A DNA stretch of 64,000 bases from Chrysomallon squamiferum. Lineage: Eukaryota; Animalia; Mollusca. The position numbers and the translations under genes are program-made. The stretch is from contig CM022673.1 of NCBI GenBank assembly GCA_012295275.1, positions 5,704,001 to 5,768,000 of the forward strand, given 5' to 3'. Below are positions 26,030-38,900 of this stretch, piece after piece. Every line of letters begins with the position of its first letter. The stretch's first letter is position 1. The notes below the pieces were generated by a model. It was not told the origin of the DNA. It worked only from the letters and a program-made list of their open reading frames with translations, and searched no databases.

Positions 26030-29000
26030 CAACCTAATTCAGACACCAAACCATTTATCTGGTAAACTTGGGAGCCACAGTGGTCAGAATTTCTCAACAC
26101 AAACTAAATCTTCACTTAACATATAAAATAAACAATGAAAATTAAAGAATGAAACTGTTTTTTATAGATACTTTTCACTTGAAAAGTAGCTGGTTTTTCT
26201 GGATTTCTTGATTTTTCACAATTGTGATGGTGGGACAAGTGGTTCCATACCTGTACATGCACACAAGCACATGCATCATTTGTTTATTTATTGTTATAAT
26301 TAACTAATTGTGTTTTTTTTCCAGATGGTTCAAGGAATTATGTTAGGTGTTGGAACTATTGGTAGTAAAATAATCATTTCAATGTTGCTGTCCATTGCAG
26401 ATGATGTAAGTTTTATCTTGAAAAACACAGATAAATAAACTGCCCCAGTTTTGAATTAGCATGAATAATCACATTCTGTTATTTAAGATTTAATTATATT
26501 TTGATGTTCTCTCATTTTTATATTTTAAATAATTTTAAATTTTTGATGTTACATTTTTTTAGAATAACATTTTTAAATAATGAATATTTTTATCTGTCCT
26601 TTTGACATATTTATTATTTTGCTGAATTTTTGTGTTTTTGTTTTCATTTTTTTTTTTTTTTTTTAATGAAAAATATTTATGATTAATAATAGTAATATGT
26701 GTACATGTTTACAAATATTTGGTTTTTTATATTTTTTTTTATCACAGTATTCTAAATTTGTATTATTATTTTTTTTGAGGAGGTTTGGGATTTTAAAAAA
26801 AAAAAAAAAAAAAAAAATTAAATTGCTTTGATTAATATAGTGGAGGCACTTGTTTGTATTTTATAGTTTAACACTTAAAAATGTGTCCTTACTTATGTTT
26901 TTTTATTGTAAAATAAAAATTGGATCAAAATTTTCCTTCCAGGCTCACATAGGTGAAATATTTAAAAGCAAGTTTTCTGATTTCAAGAATTTTCACACCA
27001 TGCTTTATACCTGTGCTAAAGAATTTGACTTCATTGAGGAAGAGGTGAGAGTTTCCTTGCATTATCTGCACTCCCTTTAACTCTTTATCTTTCTTTCCTT
27101 TTAAAAAAAAAAAAAAAAATTCTCCACTTATTTGATACTCAGCTATCAAAACATATTTTTAATCTCTCTTGGTTATATGTTAATTAAAATTATTATTCTT
27201 TGTACAGAGAATTTATTTTTATTTTTTTTAATTTATTTTTTTGTATTTAACTCCTGAGTTAAAGATTTTTTTAAATTTCTTGGTTATGTACTTAGATGAT
27301 ATTTATTGTTGTGTATTTATTTCAGACTCTGTACAGGTTGACATACACTTTACTTATACCATCTGCTGTTGTTGCTATGTTGTCTGTTCTTGTTTTTGTA
27401 AGTTTTATGGCTACATATTTTTAATATATTACTGAACTGAACAGTTCTCATGTGGTAAATTAAAGAAGATATTTAATAAATACATTTAGGGTTTCTGATA
27501 ATATTTGAATATTTTGTTGACACAGTACACGAATAGTTGAATTATTTGTATGATATAAGTTGGTTTGTGTTTGATGCATAAAAATTAGTAAACAAGCAAG
27601 TAAATAAATAAGTAAGTAAATAAATTACGAGTAACAAATAAAAATAGACTATAGAAATATTTTAAAACAATAAAGTATGCCTCTGCATTTTGTATAGTTT
27701 TGCTTTATTTTATTTTCATGTATTTCATTTTATAATTGATTTTTAAATGATATTATTTTTGAGTACTTTTCTAAATTTTATTTTACTTTCTAAAATTTCG
27801 AAGTAAATAATCATTAAAATAATCTGATTAATAATTTCTTTTTTTTTAGCTGATAAACAAAGAATATTGCAGCTGGAAAAATCCACCTGTTTCCAATGGC
27901 ACCAGTGCAGCGGAAGAGATGTAAATAAACTTATTTATATCTTGTATCAAAATGTTTTGTAATGTTACTATAATTCCTATTATGAGAAAGAGACAGAGAC
28001 ACAGACTGAGAGACAAACAGACTAAATTCTTAGTATGAAGTTCAGAAAAATCCTTCCAAAAATCTTTATCATTATGAATTCGTTTTTTGTTTGTTTGTTG
28101 TTACACAGATATTATACAGTTCCGTGCATCTAACTATGAGATCAGATGAATTATGAAATTGTTATTTAATATTTGAGGATGTTATTACCGTCAACATGAT
28201 TTTTAAATTTTCTTAATTTTTATTTTATTTTTCTGTTTACAGAAAACCTAAAGGAAAACCACACGCAGAGGTATTAATTAATTGTTTATTAATATTTAAA
28301 TGTTGTAATTTAAAGAAGTATAAATAAATGTATAAATAAATTGATAAATTAGTTTCTTAAAAAAATAAATTGTGTTATCTGTCTGGTTAAATATTAATTG
28401 GATGTATGCATGTTAATATAAACAGCTTCATATCATTCATAATTCATTTTTGTATTTGTTTTTCCTAAATTTTGATAGAGTAATTATTATGTTAGAGTAA
28501 TTTTTATTATTTTTCATTATTATGAAGTTTCTCATTGTTTTTCTTTATTAACAACATTACAATTGTTATAATTATTCTTCTTCATCTTCTTTTCATTAAT
28601 ATTAATATGACTATAATTATTGTAATTACTATTAAGTTTACCCTTGCTTTTCATTATCAAAAACATTACAGATATTCATAGTTCTTTATCAATTTCTTCT
28701 TCTTCTTCTTATTTTTCTTATTTTTTATTTTAGCTGGTGTATCACTTACTGCAACATCTAGCATTTGCGATGATGGCGTTCATAATAATGAGACTGAAGT
28801 TGTTTTGGACTCCACATCTCAGTTTGATGACATCCATGTTGGCTTCTGGACAGGTTACTAATCTTTTGATTCAGTCAATGAATATTTATCTAACAGTCTT
28901 ATATGTCATGTTGTTTTCTTTTTTTTTTTTTTTCTTTTATTCGCATGAAATATTCTTTGATTAGCATATTAAACATTAATTTATATGAAAAGATTTTTAT

Positions 29001-31799
29001 AATATATTTATTTGTTTGCTTACTTATTTATTTATTTTTCTTTTATTTTCGTTTATTTTCTTTTTTTTTTTTTTTTTTTTTTAATTTTTAATTTTTTTAA
29101 ATAAGCATTTTATTGTAAATTTCAGATGTAAATGTAAAAGGTTTACAATATGTTTGTAAATGACTAAATTTAATTAAACTAAATCCAAAGTTGTCTAAAA
29201 CAAAGATAACAACACAGTATCAACACAACAACAACAACAAAATGATTTATAAAAGGATATGTTGAGTAAAAGCTATATTCTCTGCTGTGTTTACTAAACA
29301 ATTTTAATTTTTTTTTTTTTTTCTACTTATTTACAGATATTCAGTTTCATTAAAAGAAAGGATGTTCACTTTGGTATTTTGGCACTGCTGCTAGCTGCAA
29401 TGAGTGTGAAAGGATTTGGCCATCTGCAGTTGCAGTGGAACATCAAGGGGGAGTTCAGTAACTATCCAATGGAGGAGATGGTGGAGTGGATTAAAGAAAA
29501 CACTTCTAAAAGTAAGTCACTCCTTTCTCTTGACAGTTTATTTCTCTATTCATGTTAAAACACTCCTAAAAGTAAGTCACTCCTTTCTCTTGACAGTTTG
29601 TTTCTCTATTCATGTTAAAACACTCCTAAAAGTAAGTCACTCCTTTCTCTTGACAGTTTGTTTCTCTATTCATGTTAAAACACTCCTAAAAGTAAGTCAC
29701 TCCTTTCTCTTGACAATTTGTTTCTCTAGTCATGTTAAAACACTCCTAAAAGTAAGTCACTCCTTTCTCTTGACAATTTGTTTCTCTATTCATGTTAAAA
29801 CACTCCTAAAAGTAAGTCACTCCTTTCTCTTGACAATTTGTTTCTCTATTCATGTTAAAACACTCCTAAAAGTAAGTCACTCCTTTCTCTTTTCTTTCTC
29901 TAGTCATGTTGACAATTTGTTTCTCTATTCTATTCATGTTAAAACACTCCTAAAAGTAAGTCACTCCTTTCTCTTGACAATTTGTTTCTCTATTCATGTT
30001 AAAACACTCCTAAAAGTAAGTCACTCCTTTTCTTGACTCTATTAATTTACTCCTAAAAGTCTCACTACATTTATTTCTCTATTCATGTTAAAACACTCCT
30101 AAAAGTAAGTCACTCCTTTCTCTTGACAATTTGTTTCTCTATTCATGTTAAAACACTCCTAAAAGTAAGTCACTCCTTTCTCTTGACAATTTGTTTCTCT
30201 ATTCATGTTAAAACACTCCTAAAAGTAAGTCACTCCTTTCTCTTGACAATTTATTAACCTCTACACTGTTCATTTTAAAACACTCCTAAAAGTAAGTTAC
30301 TCCTTTCTCTTGACAATTTATTAACCTCTTCACTGTTCATGTTAAAACATTCCAAAAAGTAAGTTACTTCTTTCTCTGGAGAATTAGTTTCTCTATTCAT
30401 GTTAAAACACTTTTAAAATGTATTTATCCTTCCCTCAGCTTGTCCAACCATCCATATGTCATTCCTTTCCTCCATCCATCTGTTTTATGTTGTCCCTCTT
30501 TTCATCCAACCATCCATTATTCCTTCGATTTATGTCCTCCTCTTGGTCTAACAATCTGTCATTCTTTTTGTCAATCCATCCATTTTTGCTGATATTGTTA
30601 TTACATTTGTGTTTAAATATTAACAGCATGTTTTGTTATTACAATCAGATGCTGTATTTGGTGGTCCAATGTCACTAATGGCAACAGTAAAACTCTGTAC
30701 TAAGCGACCTGTTGTAAACCATCCACATTATGAAGATGCAGGTCTCAGGTAAAACTAATTAATTAGTCCATGTTTCTCTCAAACTAACTGGTTTTTTACA
30801 AGGTAAACTTTTGTCTTTTTATACTAAAATGTTTCTGAGGTAAATTTAGTGTTTCTGTAGTAAAAATGATATCCTATTTTTCTCAGGTAATATTAATTGG
30901 TCTTTCCAAAGTGAAATTCACGTTTTTGAGATAAAACTAATTAGTCCATCTTTTTCGGAAAACATTAATCTTTTAATTCTGCTGAAGTGATTATGAGAAA
31001 TTTTTCATTTTTGTCATTAGTTCATATTTTAACTGGAAACAGGCTTGGAATCTTTTATATTTATTTTTCTGTAAAGAGGAAATTTTTGTTAACCATGAAC
31101 TCTGTTATTATTTATTTAACTACTTACTTTCTTGTTTACATAATTACTTACTAACTTATTTTATTTTTTAAATATTTTCTTATTATTTTTCTTATTTATT
31201 TATTTATTTATTTGGCAGAGCAAGGACTATGAAAGTGTACAGTGTTTTCAGTCGAAAACCTCTTGAAGAAGTAAAACAGAACTTTTTGGAACTGAAAATG
31301 GATTACCTGCTTATAGAGTATTCATGGTGTCTCCATGGCAACAAGTAAGTCCTAAGATATAGGATTTAACTGATGATTGAAACTGATGAATTGATGCCTA
31401 TTTAACAGAAATGAAGCCTACATCTGTCAGTAGAATTAATTTTGGTTTGTCATGTCAAAATTACAATTATATTGGCAACAGTGAAAACTACTTAAAATGT
31501 AGTGTAATTTAAAATATTCATTTACTGGCTTTGGGTTTGTCATGTAAGAAAATCACTTAAAATTAATGAGTTTTGAATTTTTAAAAATAAATACTTCTGC
31601 AGAGTGTTAATTATAATATATATTTATGTTTAGACAAGGATGTTCACTGCCAGAAATTTGGGACATTGAAGATCCAGAGAATCGAGGCAAGCCCGCAGTT
31701 TGTGTTCAGCTGAAAGATGAAGGGAAAGAATATTTTGAAAAACATTTAGATAAGGTTTTTAGTAATAATGATTATGACATATTCAAAATTTTGAAGTGA
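15430..31799 (+). CDS. DPY19L1: Protein C-mannosyltransferase DPY19L1-like, 22 coding exons, 714 aa
   Basis: Exons 15430-15595, 16968-16992, 18516-18603, 18914-19051, 19700-19820, 21016-21109, 21624-21681, 22976-23067, 23838-23910, 24223-24327, 24762-24848, 25153-25209, 26325-26405, 26943-27044, 27326-27397, 27850-27920, 28243-28270, 28734-28853, 29337-29511, 30649-30748, 31219-31344, 31634-31799; all GT-AG, total 2145 nt, open. Family motifs [95 protein letters not shown]. Confidence 0.95.
20491..20538. repeat. (GT)n microsatellite in DPY19L1 intron 5
   Basis: Uninterrupted GT run. Confidence 0.95.
21835..22545 (+). repeat. Degenerate ~15-bp minisatellite (GTATGAATTCTGTCA / GTGTGAGTTCTGTCA) in DPY19L1 intron 7
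   Basis: Near-perfect 30-bp dimers at ~21885-21990 that decay progressively to ~22545. Confidence 0.8.
29497..30417 (+). repeat. 60-bp tandem array built from the DPY19L1 exon-19 end plus its splice donor
   Basis: Unit AAAACACTCCTAAAAGTAAGTCACTCCTTTCTCTTGACA(G/A)TTTGTTTCTCTATTCATGTT; about 15 units, the first overlapping the last 15 nt of exon 19. Confidence 0.95.
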
Positions 31800-31917
31800 T
31801 AATTATGCTGTTTTATCAGTTACTTCCAAAACATTATTTTTATTCTTTTTTACATTTTTTTTTTTTTTATTTATTTTTTTTTTTTTTGATGAGCAAATTG
31901 TTAGTATTTTGAGTTTT

Positions 31918-31954
<37 letters not shown>

Positions 31955-34529
31955 TTTGCTTGTTAAAGATCTGATAGGTGTTTTGTTACATTTTTTATTT
32001 TTGTTTTGTTCCCTTTTTTTAACAATTTCCATGACATGTTTTATATATATAAATTTGCATATATCATTATATTATGATACTTTTTTCTTTTTTCTATTTG
32101 CTGTTCACATAGTTTTTTTGTTATTTACTGTTTATCACCTGAACTGCCAAAATATATCCATTTCATTTGCAATACATACATATTAATATCAATTAAAAAA
32201 AAAAAAAATTTTTGTTAAATTGCGTGTTGTGATTAAAGAAAAATAAACTTGGTTAATGATAGTATTAGAACATACTGAAAAAGCACTGTTAAAGTTATGC
32301 CAAAATAATTCTTTGAGAAACTTTCTATTATGGTAAGATATTGGTGAAGCTGAGAGATTTTATGATGCTAAACGTAAATATATGCAACAGAATTATCTAT
32401 TTGCATTTGCAGAATTGTTACAGTTTTCATAAAATTATTTTTGAATGTGTTTGGGTTTTTTTTGTGAACTTTTGAGATCTCTGAAGCTTTCAGAGTTACA
32501 GTAAGTATATACGTATAAGAATGTAAATTGTTGTTACCTACACTGTACAGTGATTTAGTACTAATATCATATAGGATTATTAATATTGAGATGATTAGAT
32601 ATTTTAGTATAGTTGATACCAGTATTATAGTCACTTAGTAAAGATATATTTTTGCATTATTTTTTTTCACTTTTTATGTTTCACAGAAAGCCAAACTAGT
32701 TAGAAATGGCATTTTGTATAAAATCACCTATGATTAGACACATTTTTGAACTAATTGGTGTGTAACTTGTGTATGAAAACCACCTGCAGACAGAGAGCTT
32801 TTTAAATCTGTTTTTATTTTTTCTTGTTTGTTTTAACTTGTCAAATAATATGTTTCTAAGATTAATTAACTACTTTATTATATATTTTTTTAATATTTAT
32901 TTGTTATTATTGTTATTATTATTTCTATTATTTATTTATTTGAAATGATAATAGTTAGAGAAACATGCCATCTCAACAATTTGTAGCTTCAAAGTTTATT
33001 CTCTCTCCTTTAGGTCTGTCTGTTTCTTTAACAATTCAGCACACCAAAGAGCTTTTTAATTTTTTCTTTAATTTCTTTTATATTTATAATTTTCATAATT
33101 ACATATCTTTCAAAGAGCCAAAGAGTAAAGAAGAAAAATGTCAGATTTAATGTTTCCAACAACGAAATTATTAATCTGTTGTTACTACATAAATCAGGAA
33201 TGAGCAACCTTTTTTGAAAACTGGGCTGCATGAGACATGGTTCATCAGTACTAGTAATAAATATTATTTTCCTCATGGAATTAGGCGTGCAGTTCAGAAG
33301 GTCCTGTGGATTTCAGTTGGCCTGTGACTGTGTTAACTAATTTGGATAGAGAACCGTTGAGATTTGTTTTCTGTCAACAAAACAGAAAACTAAATGAAGT
33401 TACATGCAGAAAACATAAACTTGGGTTTTGAGGGTTACAGGATGTAAGTGGGAACATTATTAGAAATTTTCTTTAACATATTTTTTTTTCTTTCCTTCTT
33501 TGGCTATTGGAAAAAATAAAAAATATAACATTCAACTTTTTATATTACAACTCATATTGAAATGTTATTTTTCAAAATCATTACAAAGCTGATGCTGAAA
33601 TTTTTACATTTTAAAGTCAACAGCTAGTCTTTTGGCAAATATCTGGCTGCTTTTTGTAAACTAGGTGACATTACAAAAATAATTGCAAATGAAATTGTAG
33701 TAAAATATTTGGTAACATGCTGATATTTAAAAAGAACTGGCTCCATCAATTCACTTAACATATCAGTGAAATGTTTTATTAATTAATGTTGTATGTGCAC
33801 AGAAGGTTAAATATGAATATATGTGAGAAATCGTATGTTTAATGAATCATATCTCTGTATCCATACATACCTACATATGGGCATGCATACACTCACAGAC
33901 ACACACATGCAGACATATACATTATTTGTAAAAAATGCAGTATTAAACTTTTTGTTAAAAACACAATGTGTTTAAAAAGTAACTTGACTCTCTACAACAG
34001 ACTACAAAAACCTCTGTATTTTATTGTTCACATCTCATAGATTTTCAGTATTTTTATCACTGTTCCTCAAGGATATATAGGAACTGGTTGTTCTGGAATT
34101 CTTCCTTTAGAATACTGTTCAGGTATGCCTGTTGTAGATTCCATGTTCTTGATCATTTTGCTAATGGTAGAAAGTTTGTTATTATTATTTTTTTTTTTTT
34201 ATTTAGTGAACAATGGAAGAAACTACTTGGTAGTTTATTTTTTCTGTTAATTCTAAATATGTCATTTGTTACTGCCAAACTGTCTGAGTAATTATCAAAA
34301 GCATTAGGCTGTTAGTGAAAATGTAATCACTAGGCTTTAGAGATAATACTCTGTATTGTTAGAAAAAGATGGTCTATAGTTATTTTTTATTTTAATTTTT
34401 AAAATTTTTTAAAAGAGTTAAAAAAATATATTTAGGCTAAATAATTGCATTATCACATGCACACATTCAAACCAATTTTGTTTATTTTATTTTATTTTTT
34501 ATTGATTTATTTATTTTAAATTTATTATT

Positions 34530-34567
<38 letters not shown>

Positions 34568-34941
34568 TATTTTATTTATTTCGTTTTTAATTATTCTTTT
34601 TGTTTGTTTGCATTAGCTTCAAGAAAATATATATTTTAAAATATTTATACCATGGAAAAATAATACAGGGGTAAACTTACATTATACAGGGAAAGAAATC
34701 CATTAATTGCAGTTTTAGTGTAAATATTGTTTTATTTAGTGTTTTTAGAACAGGAATTAGTATATTCTTGCCATTTATAGTTTTGTTTTATTTCTAGTTT
34801 CTGCCTCTCATAATGACTTGTCTCAGTTTGTTGTTTTTTTTTTTTTAATTTTTATTTATCACTTGTTGATACTCAGTTGTTTTAAAATGTATCTGTGGTT
34901 GGGTTATCCCCAGAATAGCTTTCTTTTATTTATTTTTATTA

Positions 34942-35922
34942 CTAATAACCAACCTTTCCTGAAAACAAAGTATGATGTTGCATTTGTTTTAAATTTTTAA
35001 ATTTAGTTATTTTTATTTTATATTTTGTATTTGTTTTACAATGTTTATTATTATTATTATTGTTGTTATTATATAAATTTTTGTTGTTGTTATTATTATT
35101 TTGTGTGGTGATATTAATTACTTTTCTAACAGAAATACATTTATTAACGCAAATTTATCTTTTCTTACCCTGTGTGTTTTGGGTTTTTTTTTCAAAAATA
35201 TATTGATATTGCATTCTGATTATAAATTATATCTTGATTATAAATTATTCATTATACAATAAATATATAGAAATGTGCAGTTACTTCCCTTTGGTAATCA
35301 TCACAAAGACAATCCTGATAAAGGTTTGCATGTCTGTATTTCTGTATTTCTGGGTAAATTATGGCAAAAAAAAAAAAAAAAAAAAATTACTTTGGACTTT
35401 TATATTACTGTCATACTTCATTTTTAGGAAAGGTTGGCCCACATACATAAAATTTCAACCAACAAATGGCGTACAGTATAATTCAGGTTTTATGTTTGCA
35501 CAGCTACAGATTTATTTTAAAGCAGCCATTTATTTTAACTTGATGCATATTTATTTGAGGAGTAATGATCTTTTTTTTTTTTTTTTTGTAAATTTTATCG
35601 TTTCATGTCTGTGTGGGTTTGTGTTTGTGTTAAAGTTTAAAATGCAATATCTATGTTATGTGATAAACTTTCTGAAAGCTTACATTTATTTAAAATAGTT
35701 TTTTTTCACATAATATATCAAGTAAGCTGAAGAAGAGTATGACATTAAGTTTACTCTGTATCTTAAATATGTATACATTTTAGTTTAATTCAGTAAAGTT
35801 TTTTTTTTTTTTTTTTTTTTTTTTGATGGTGAACATCATATTCATATTTGTAACAGAATGAGATTAATTTTTCAACAAGGTTTAATTATTTCTATTTATT
35901 TGTTGATTTATTATTTTTATTA

Positions 35923-35969
<47 letters not shown>

Positions 35970-38900
35970 TTTATTTTTACTATTATTATTTTTTTTTTAT
36001 TGCTGATATTTAAAATATACATTTAAAAAAAAGGTTTTTTTTAAGTTCTTTTAAATCGGATGTTTTGTATTTTTTTTTGAATATCAGTAAATTGCATGGC
36101 TGCATTTTAGTACCAAAATATATTATCATTTTGAACAGACACTTTAATGAACCAGTTTATATTATTACTTTTTGCTGTGTCTTTCTCCTTTCTTTTTGTT
36201 TTTTTAAATCTTTTTTTGTTTTACTATCCCAAGTTTTGTTGCTCATTTTTACTCTTTTGTACCTTTAGGACTGTTACTTTGATCAGGGTAGATCGTCTTT
36301 ACATTTGTTTTGGATGCTGTCAAGTTTCTGCTTGTATATATTTTACCTAATGGAATGAACTTTATTAGAAAATTTTAATGTTGTACTTTTAGATTATAGT
36401 TACTGTTAAAGAATGTTTTGAGATTTTCTGTTTGGTTGATATTTCAAACCTGTTTTATTTATTTTGTTGCAGTTTTAATGTTTAGAAAATAACATTTTAA
36501 AATGACTGTGTTTGTGCGTGGGTCAATGTGTATGTGTGTGTGTGTGTGGCCATGCATTTGTGTTGTGTGTGTGTTTGCATGTGTGTGAGAGAGACAGAAG
36601 GGGCATGCATGTATCAGTTCATATAAAAACATGTATATATTGAATTATTTGAAGTTCACATGTTGGTTCGTTGTTGAAGTATTTCAGATTATTTGGAAAG
36701 GTTGTGGATTTGTTAGTTAATGTTCAAAACATCAAAAACAAATATATAAATACATATACATACATACTGGTCTCATTTGTATGGATTGGTATATTATAAA
36801 ATACATTTTATTTCCTTTTAAGTTTCAGAATATTATTATTTTGAAAAAAGAATGTATGATGATTTAAAATTTTATTTTTGTATTATCAATCATCATATTA
36901 TTAAATATTAAATGGCATAGGAGAACAATTTTAAGTGAATACATGATGCATTATTGTGCATAATATTTTAAAATGTACTTTGTGAATCACATCTGTGGAT
37001 ATCTAACACATTAAAAACCTATATATTATTATTAGATTATAAAATCTAACAGTTTTTTTTTTTTTTTTTTTATCATGTGTTACTTCAAAGGGCTGTGTGA
37101 GAGGTAATCTGGAATTTTTTTTGTTTTTTTTTCAACCTGTATAGCTTTCAAAACATTGGAAATGTCACATATCAAGCTTTACATGTTTAAAAATAAAATA
37201 AAAAATACAATGCAGTGTTTAAATTTTTAAATTCTTTTACCATATTTTTATATTTTGCTTTTCTTTTCTTTTTTATTTTTATTTATTTATTTTTTTTTAT
37301 GTTTTTTTATTCTCCTGTTATACTAGAGATGAAAATTTAGCATTAATTTTGTTTTCAAAAAAGATACACTGAATAATCAATAAAAGCATAATATTTGAAG
37401 AATTCTTTAAAAAAGTCTGACAGCAATATGATTATACACGTTTATGTAACTTCAGGACAGTAATGTCGTGCTTATACTGAAAATTTAAATATGTTAGAAT
37501 CTTCTTGTAGATCAAACATAAATTCAGTAATTTTGCCAGTAGCTTTTTCAACCGTCACATCCCAGTTTGTTGCCAGCATTTTCAGAGCCTGGGGCCAAGA
37601 ACAGTATGTTTGAACCTTGACTGAGTAGAAGCATCTAAATGATGGTATTGCTACAGCTTGCTATTGGTACCTTTATTGACAATGAGTGGAATGGTTGGCA
37701 AAAATGTATGGTGGATGGGTTTCTTCGTTCTTTTGACATTTCAAAATATGATATTAAAAGAATATCAAAAAAATATTAAAAAGGAAAAAACGAAGGGCGA
37801 TTCTGTTCTTTGTGTATGTGTTGTGTTATTTTAAATCTCTGTTATTAGAAAACACAGGACTCTAGTTAAATAATAAAAATATTCTGAAGAGACTAAATGT
37901 TTTTATTACAATAAGGACACTTTAAAATGAAACTTTTGACAGTTTGCTTGAAGGAATTACAATATTAAACAATAATTTCAACAGACTTAGATAATATTCT
38001 GATTTAGTTGAACATTTATTATTAAAATTATTATGTAGCTAGTAGCAACCATTACTGTTAAAATGCATTGAGGTTTTACTGAAGAAATGCTGATCAATTG
38101 GTTAACTATTTTTATTTTATTTTATTTTATTTTATATTTCTTTTTTGATTAAATTATAAAGAAATATATGGTATTATAACCTGATCACATTAAATTCATT
38201 GGTGGGTAGATTAGAAATTGTTCAGTATCTTATGTCAATTTTCTGAATAAATGCAGTAAACATAAATAAATAAATAAATATTTGACACATTTTTCTGTGT
38301 TCATATGTGATTACATTCAGCAAGAAACAACAATTTTTTTTTTAAATTAAATTCCCTTATTAATAGTAGTAGCAGAAATAATAGGAGTAGTAGTAGTAGT
38401 AGGAGTAGTAATAATGGTTGTATTAGTACTATTTATTACTATTATTTTTTTATTATTTATTTTTAAAGAAATTAATTGACATCCAGACTTAAGGTGCTAT
38501 TTCAATTTACATTTATTTATTTGCTTATTTACTTATTATTATTATTAACCTACATTCCAGTTTATTTTAGAAATACAATAATAAATTGTTTTAACAGTCA
38601 CTATATTCTATGGTAGTTCACTGCTGTATAATTAAGAAAAAATATTAAAAAGAATTATAATTAAAAATATTTTTGAAAATGTTTATTTGTTTTGTTATTA
38701 AATCTTATGAACAATAATAATTAAAATAAGAATTATAAATAAGAAAGAAAGAAAGAAAGAGAAAGAAAGAAAGAAGGAAGGAAGGAAGGAAGGAAGGAAA
38801 GAAAGAAATGGGTGATGAACATCAGTCATTAATCAGGTGTCACTGAGAAACAGAATGGCAGACAAATAACAGAGTGGTTAAGTTTGAATACGCTAAATTC

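Noticed and set aside
29416-30036. 206-aa repeat ORF as an independent gene
   Set aside because: Starts at TTG inside DPY19L1 exon 19 in a different frame and is open only because the 60-bp unit lacks a stop in that frame.
29497-30417. CRISPR-like array
   Set aside because: Units are contiguous with no unique spacers, the context is a eukaryotic intron and there are no cas genes.
31368-31395. CTGATGATTGAAAC as a minimal hammerhead
   Set aside because: No stem II, no closing GUH and no stem I pairing; it is part of a short local duplication.
35725-35765. Hammerhead-like CTGAAGA-AGAGTA...TACTCT-GTAT in each 5.2-kb unit
   Set aside because: The required GAAA is GTAT and no stem I/III with an NUH site can be formed.
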